Of a stretch of DNA of 64,000 nt, positions 56,701 through 64,000 are shown piece by piece (the first letter of the stretch is position 1; each line of letters begins with the position of its first letter). A program made the translations under genes and the position numbers. Source of the DNA: Camelus ferus. Its lineage: Eukaryota. The stretch lies in assembly GCF_009834535.1 (NCBI RefSeq), contig NC_045696.1, positions 35,962,001 to 36,026,000 of the forward strand, written 5' to 3'. The notes beneath the pieces were generated by a model. It ran no database searches. It worked only from the letters and a program-made list of their open reading frames with translations, and was not told where the DNA came from.

Positions 56701-57463
56701 TCTCTTCGGGGGGGATCTCCTGGCAACCTCCTGAAAAGACATACTGATTATCATACTATACCTCTACATTTAGAGTAGCTCTTGTGTGCTAGCCTGGAAA
56801 AGTTGTTTACTCTCTAGGATATTGAGTTCATGTAATAAGGCCTGGGAAGAAATCTGTTCTCAGATCACAGCCTGGACCCAAAGAATTTTAATTCACATGT
56901 TTAAGGCTTAAGAAATTAGACAGTGGCTGATAGCTTTCTTCTTCAGTCCAGACCTTTCTGGACACCTACATGTTAATTTGGGTCTAGTCAGAGTACCTGC
57001 AGATATAAGTCTCTCGGATTTTAGAGATTTTTCTTAAACTTTGAATATTCCCTGAGAGCTGACACAAATCCTGACCGAATCTCACAGGCTCCTAAGTATC
57101 TCAGACTGTTCACAAAGCTGGGTAGTGTATATAAAACGGGGATGCAACTGCTAGATGCAGAAGGTACTATGTCCTCCCTTATTACAGTTAGTGGTTCAAA
57201 TGAAATCGGTTTAATTTCTTGCAATTGTATTTGAGCCACTACTGTGTGTTAATGCAGTGGGCTAAGGGCTACATGGAATACAAAATTGAAAAAGACACTT
57301 TACTACCCTCAAGGCTCATGACCCCAAATCAGGCTGGATGGTATACTCCTATGCTTGACCCCCATGGCCAGTGATGTTACAGCTGCAAAGCAGTGGGACA
57401 AGGGATTCTTTTCTACTCTTTCTTTTCTCTGTTGTGTTAATGAAAATAATATTTATGAGGCAG

Positions 57464-57850
57464 TCAGAAAGAGAAAGAAAAATACCATATAATAACACTT
57501 ACATGTGGAATCAAAAAAAAAAAAAAAAAGACAGACTTACTTACAAAACAGAAACAGACTCACAGACATAGAAAACAAACTTACAGGTTATCAGGGGGGA
57601 AGAGGGAGGGAAGGGATAAATTGGGAGTTGGAGATTTGCAGATACTAACTACTATATATAAAACAGACAAACAACCAGTTTATACTGTATAGCACAGGGA
57701 ATCATATTCAATACTTTGTAGTAACTTATGGTTAAAAAGAATAAGAAAATGAATATATGTATGTTCCCATATGACTGAAGTATTGTGCTGTACACCAGAA
57801 ATTGACACATTGTAAACTGACTATACTTCAATAAAAATATATTAAAAAAT
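57464..57850 (+). mobile_element. Young 5'-truncated L1 3' UTR with 19-bp perfect target-site duplication
   Basis: AATAATATTTATGAGGCAG at 57445-57463 and 57851-57869; ends tgtaaactgactatacttcaataaaa. Confidence 0.95.
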
Positions 57851-57925
57851 AATAATATTTATGAGGCAGAAGTTTCCCAAAGTTATAGTGAACCAGGGCA
57901 ATGGCATAGAGACAAAGTCTGCCTT

Positions 57926-58025
57926 NNNNNNNNNNNNNNNNNNNNNNNNNNNNNNNNNNNNNNNNNNNNNNNNNNNNNNNNNNNNNNNNNNNNNNNNNNN
58001 NNNNNNNNNNNNNNNNNNNNNNNNN
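57926..58025. other. Assembly gap (100 N)
   Basis: Run of N next to a (GGAA)n repeat. Confidence 1.
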
Positions 58026-58103
58026 GAAGAGGAAGGAAGGAAGGAAGAAGAGGAAGGAAGGAAGGAAGGAAGGAAGGAAGGAAGGAAGGAAGGAAGGAAG
58101 GAA
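58026..58103 (+). repeat. (GGAA)n microsatellite, cut by the gap
   Basis: Direct reading. Confidence 0.97.
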
Positions 58104-58350
58104 AAAAGTTGTTTTCAGCTGCTAAAATCCTACATACTTCAATATCCCAATTAAAGAACACATTGCTTTTGCAACCTGCACTTTGTAAGTGCGGGTTTAC
58201 ATTTGTAACGATAACCTTTCTTATCATGTGCCCCACTGAAGCTTCGTAAGTAAATACAGGGTCAGAAAAGAATGAGCTCAGTGATTTAAGATTTACCTCC
58301 CTGTACACCTCAGAAAGGCAAACTTTTTTCTCTTTTTTTGAATAATACTC

Positions 58351-58356
58351 TTTATT
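58351..58356 (-). terminator. Candidate polyadenylation signal AATAAA
   Basis: Minus strand CTCAAATAAAGAGTATTATTCA followed by a G/T-containing stretch (GTTGCCTTTCTGAGGTGT). Confidence 0.45.
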
Positions 58357-60364
58357 TGAGTAAAGAATTTGCCTTCCTTATGTACACTGGAATGTTAAAT
58401 TCCCTATGTATTTTACAGAGTTACAAAACGTCTCTCACTTTTAAATATTACCCAAAAAGTAATTTCAGAAAAAAAAATGGAAGGAACTAAACTTGACTTT
58501 TAAAAAAATCATATAGATAAGCAACTCTCAAACAAAAATGAATTAATAAGATTTCTTGTCTACTTAACTACATGACAGATTTCTTGTCCCAGTCCCCTTC
58601 CTCAAAAACCCTTATGTGGAAACCAAGCTAGAGATAAGGATTCTTCCCTGATGCAGTTAAGGGAAAATAAAAGGCCCCAAATCTCTTTGGCAAACAATTC
58701 CATCCATGGCCATTTGTGTGTGACTACTTTGCTTCAAGTGCAGCACACTCTTTGCAGGAAAGGCCAGATGCTGTTCAGAGTGAGAGTGGTCCTCTCCAAC
58801 CAGCTGAAGTCATCTGTAGTCATCTGCCTCTTCCCCCTGCCTGTGCCTGCAGCCTGGCAGCAACTCTACCAACACTGACTGCAATCTTGGGTTAAAAGCC
58901 AATGCGTGGCTGGCTGATGCAGTCCTCTCCATTGAAAAAGTAATGGATGAGATGGGGCTGAGAAACAACCACTACATGATGACACTCAACAAAAACGGCT
59001 TGGGGGATAAAAGGATTTCAGAGACAGGAACAGATAGGCTGGTGAAAAAGTGCTGGGCAGGCTAGAAGTTTAAATGGAGTATAGATCGGCAATCTCTACA
59101 TAGCAATATAATCAACAGCATCTTGAAATGCTAAACCCCTGAGGCAAACTTTTATATATATAAACAACAACAACAGCTATATATATATAATGCAATCGTA
59201 ACACAAAAAAAGTAGAACTGCACAGTATGACACACTATAACCCAAAACATACTCCTTTCACCTGAATTGTCACTTTCATTTGTGTGCTTCCTAAAAACTC
59301 AACCTTATCTGCATTAATAAACACATATTTCCAGTTGATGAGTCTTTAATTGTTACTGTTCAGAATATATAAGTATGCCAAGTTGGAGGCTGACTTGAGC
59401 ATGCTTTCAACATTTACAATGAATAAGAATCAGTAGAAAAATAACCAGGTTTTGGTCAATCATAAGTATTACATGATTAAATTTTTGAAATGACTTAAAA
59501 TAATTTAATAGTCTGTTTTAATCAAAATATCAATACCAGAAACAATTCTTTTTGTTTCCTGTTTTACCACACAGGAAAATTGGATTTAATTGTAAGAAGA
59601 GTAAACATGTCTTGAAAATCTAATGATTTTCAAAAATTATTTTCAATGTTGTGTTCACCATAAACATAAGTTTCTTGCTAAATGCATCTTTCTGTAAACC
59701 TTACCAAGTATTTTTTATTATGTATTCAGGGTGTTTCCAACCTAGGATAACCCAAAATCTAGATGTTCAGGGTATTAAGTTTCATTTACATGAAATTGCT
59801 ATTTTCGTAGCTCAAAAATTATTAAACATCAGCAATTTCGTATTACTCAGCCCAGAGTAATGGATGAAAGTAGTTAATAAATGTAATAAAACAAGTAAGT
59901 TATTTTTACTTTTTTTTTTATTTTAAAGATTGACACATTATAGGCTGACAAAAATTACTGATTATCTCATGATGACCAGACACTCTAAATGTTAATTAAA
60001 TATATTTTTATTTAATAAAACTGAGAAATAATTATTTAATAAATGCAATTTCATAAAACTACATAGCAGCTTTAAATTTGCCATAGGAGTAGTTCAACCA
60101 ACTTAAATATTCAAAAATGAAACTATTTTCCTCTCATTACATTCAATGTAATTCTCAAATGCTCATTTCTCTCAGCAGGAGGAAATAATCTAGGTAATAA
60201 ACATATTCACTTCCTGTTCACATAAAAATCTTTTTTTGGACAGCCAACCAAATTCAGAGCCCTCTCCCTCTCCACACCCCTTTTCTTGACAGCATTCTGA
60301 GCTCCAGGAGTCTTACTATTATTATGAGTTTGAAGAAGGAGTGTTCACTTCGCAGATACTTATT

Positions 60365-60894
60365 ATAGGAGAAAAATGTTCTCCTCAACCCTCTTAGGGT
60401 CCCTGGCTGAGTGTGAAAATTCAACTGACAAAGACAGATTAGCAGAAGAAAAATCATATAAATTTTATTGAATTTTTACATGTACGTGACAGTCTCCACA
60501 AGTAAGCAAAGACCTGAGGAAATGACCAGAACAGGAAGCTGTTATACCTTTAAGACAAACAATAAATTTGTGAAGAACTGACAAGACAAAGGGGTTTGGG
60601 CTGGGGCTTGTAAGTGGCAAAGAAGTAACTAGGAAGGTAAAGGTTAGTTTAACAAGACTTGTTTGTATATTTCTTGACCCAGATTTCCCATTTCTGGTGA
60701 CAAGAATGTCTTCCCTCTTACTGGTACAGCGAGGGTATCTCACAAGGGAGTTTTATAATTTGTTTCCGGGAAGAAGGATGAGGGGGTAGGAGGGTCAGAG
60801 TTACCTTCCAGCTTCTGCCAGTTTAAAAATTCCTTCAGTTTATGATATTTAAGGCCAAGATGCCACCTTTGGGGTAGTGTGTTCTGAACCCCAT
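60365..60894 (-). mobile_element. ERV1 solo LTR (MER34/MER39-like)
   Basis: Minus strand starts gatggggttcagaacacactaccccaaaggtggcatcttgg; about 530 bp. Confidence 0.7.
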
Positions 60895-61939
60895 CTTACC
60901 CTCAGGAGTCTGTTACCGATTAACACTTCCATTCTTCTCTCAGCGGGGGAAAGGCAATATGACACGCAGAGAACTAGCAGTCTCATACTATTGGCTCATT
61001 CTCCTCAGGTCCCACGTTCTCCATTCGTAAGCCAGCGAGGCTTCTTGTCCCTTGGACTCTACTATAAAGTTCCTCATCCCTTACTATGACAATTCTTTGG
61101 CAAGCATAGCATCTTCAGCTCTTTACTGCTTTTCATCTCATACTTGATCCTACTCTGTATTTTCATATCTCTTCTATACTCAGCAGGAAAATTCAACTGT
61201 TGAGTGGGGACTTATTCTGGACCTTGTCTAGCTATGCATACACTGCTAACATTTTTTTCTCTATTGCAGTGATTCCATGCTAGCAAAGAACATTCCACAA
61301 TGATGAATTCTCCTATGGTTTCATACAGGATCTGGGGTAAATATCACATCTATCCACAGATTCTTACATCTAGGAGTTTCCATCCTCTCCACTGCGTAAT
61401 TGGTGGATGGTAGTGAAAAGGACTGACAAGGAAGGGAGCTCCATGCTGATGGTAAATTCTGCTTTCTTCTTTCAATCATCTCTAACCCACCCCTCCTTAG
61501 ACCACAAATGGTTGTTACCCCCTTTTTATGTGTAAATAAAACTAAGCTTATGTGTATGATATGTATATTTTTCATTCATTTTTATTCATTCTTTTATGAT
61601 ATAAATATTTGCTCTGAGTTTTCCAAATTTTGCCCTTAGTAATCAAAACCAAATTGAGGAAATTTTAAGGATAAAAAAAGTCAATATGGAAGCCTTCTTT
61701 TCTCCAGTTTCAGGCTATTGAAATCAAAAGCCATAAAGAAGTTCAAATAACTATATTTTTAAGACAGATCCACCCTTCATTGTAATGAATACCACTGATT
61801 TAGATAATATTTGCAGAGCAGTATTATTAATAAAAAATTATCTTCATAATACTCTCATTTATACAGTTTCTTTCTTATGTTCTTAAAATAACCCTGTAAG
61901 TTATGTCAAGTAGAACTGATGTGTTGAGTAGTACTAAAT

Positions 61940-62110
61940 ACCATGATTTATTATTTATCTCATTGATTCTCACAGCAACACTTTGTGTAGAGAGAACTGC
62001 CTCATTTTACACATAAGAAAGCTGAGGTTCCACCATGACTTAAGTGGTTATTCAAATTTACCTGACATTAAAAGCTGGAGCTAAAATCTGAGTGCTCGCT
62101 TGCCTTTCCT
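61940..62110 (-). mobile_element. MIR fragment
   Basis: tctcattgattctcacagcaac..ctcattttacacataagaaagctgagg. Confidence 0.75.
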
Positions 62111-64000
62111 ATACATCATTCTCTTATGTGCAGTATCTGAAAGATGTATTAAATATATATATGATCATTTGAATAACTTTTTAAACTATTAGTAAAAAAA
62201 CAAATAATATTATGGAATGATATAATTATACGTTTCTAAATTTCAAATCATTAGACCAACACAGCTGTATATTAAAAAGAAACGATGAAATCTCCTCTAA
62301 TAATTTATCACAGGACACAATTTATGGCTTTCTGCCATTTGATAATGAAAGTTAAGTTTCTGAGCTATTTATTACTGGAATCAGGTATAATAACTCATTC
62401 TCCAAAAACCAATTTATATAGAAAACATATTCAATACAAAGATGTTTGAGTTCCTTTATTTCTCTTCTGTCATTTGGCAGCAATTTGTGTGTGACTCAAG
62501 AAAGACAGAGTAAGAATTGATGGTAGTTATTTCTGCAAGATATGTGGAAAAGACTAAGGATACTGAAAGCATGTGTCAGTTAAAATCATTCATTTTAGAT
62601 TAAACTTGTGTTCTGGCAGAGGCAAAAGTACTAAAGAAGAAATCTATCTTTAAAGATTAATAGAGTTTTATCCAAGATTATTCTTGGTCAAAAAAATATT
62701 TGTTTGGGTTTTTTTTATAAGCAATTGTGGCCACAGATAGCAGTGGACATTTAAATCTGTTTTCCAAGGTGCATAAATTTTGAACTGACTTTTTCATGAC
62801 TTCACAACTTATTTTGAAGGTACAATGGAATGTGTAACCACTGTTCACAAATACTCAGTAAATGTGTCAGTGATCTCTATCATTGAAAATAAAAAATTCT
62901 GACTGACAATTTCAACTTTTGAGCTTTTAGTATCTTTTGAGCTTTTAGTATTCCAACTCTGAAGTTAGGACTACAAAATCGTGTCTTTTCCCATATATTT
63001 CAAACCATTTGGAATGTTTTTCACTGCAGTAATGGACATTGAGGTTATCTCCTCAACAATCATTCCAAACATTCTCCATCATAAAGTAACTGTGTGAGTT
63101 GGATGGGATTGGGTAGACCCTGAGTATTCCACATTCACTGAGATAATCTCAAATTCCTTACTGCCTCTTTTGTCACAGCAATCCACAAAGCAAATGGTTT
63201 TGAAATCTAGGACAAATTCAGTTAATGCATAGCATTTTCCTGGCCACTGAGATAAGTTGAAGATTAGCCCAACCATCACGAAAGTTGGTATTTATGCAAA
63301 GAATTCTGGAAACAAATGTCTACCCCCTCCTAATGATATGATTTGTGGGTGTGCCATCAGGCTGCCACTCTGCGGGATATCAATCTAAAAATATAACTGA
63401 AACTAGAGTAGAACAGAGACTTGATCAAACCACAATTATACAAGTTTTTTATCTGAAACTTTTAAAATATGTGAAAAAAAAACCCTTGTAATTTGTCATT
63501 TGAGACAGATTTTATAACAAGTAAGTAGTCATAATTACATCTCCTTAAGTCATAAGGAGAGTCGTAACAAATATTTCTGTAGCTATATGTATTGTGCCTC
63601 ATGATTTTTACAGTTACATTATCTTAGATTATTTGCTAAGCAATTAATTAAAGGAAATATATTTTTATTAATTTGCTTAAAAGGTTAAAAAGCAAATTAT
63701 ACTGTATTTTTAAGTCACATACTTGGCTGATTAGCATCTTTTGTCCTCTTTCTCTGTAATCAAAGAATGTTAAGATGAGAATGGGATCACAATGATCACT
63801 TTATAACAGAATAAGAACTCTATTTTTACATCTTCCTACCTCTTATTGTCTTATATTTTACTATTATATATGCTATGAGTCCCACAATATATTGTTATTA
63901 TTGCTACTTAAAGACTGAATATCTTCATTTCATTTTCAAGAATATTTTGCAAGATTTTTTTCTGAATACTAAATTCTATGTTGAAAAGTAAATTTTTTTG

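Larger units (their letters stand above)
58335..63384 (-). other. Putative last exon and long 3' UTR of an unidentified gene entering from the right edge
   Basis: Acceptor tttcagttatatttttag|ATTGAT at 63384; all three frames stop within 31 codons (LISRRVAA*, IDIPQ..FPEFFA*, or an immediate TGA). Mostly unique UTR-like sequence follows, with AATAAA at 58356-58351. Confidence 0.4.

Noticed and set aside
57861..58308. ORFs of 97 and 141 aa
   Set aside because: Artefacts of the N gap and the (GGAA)n repeat.

Overview
AT-rich mammalian genomic DNA, most likely from a camelid, judged by two Vic-1-type tRNA-derived SINEs and a recurring young L1 3' UTR type. It is not prokaryotic. Most of the window is intergenic or intronic and filled with decayed transposons (L1, L2, MIR, MaLR/ERV LTRs, MER5/MER3/MER33), and it contains one 100-N gap. 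The standout is a GC/CpG-rich insert at about 33160-34860. It carries a diverged minus-strand copy of C2orf81 (DUF4639 family) with a 417-codon ORF. That ORF is intact only if an 86-nt GT-AG intron is retained, or spliced to a further downstream acceptor, because this offsets a frameshifting internal deletion. Directly upstream is a 19-copy, 16-17 bp minisatellite whose unit contains the MYB-family site TAACGG. The right end (about 58340-63384) looks like the last exon and 3' UTR of an unidentified minus-strand gene. Repeat family names and the C2orf81 comparison come from recalled consensus sequences, not from a search, and repeat boundaries are approximate.
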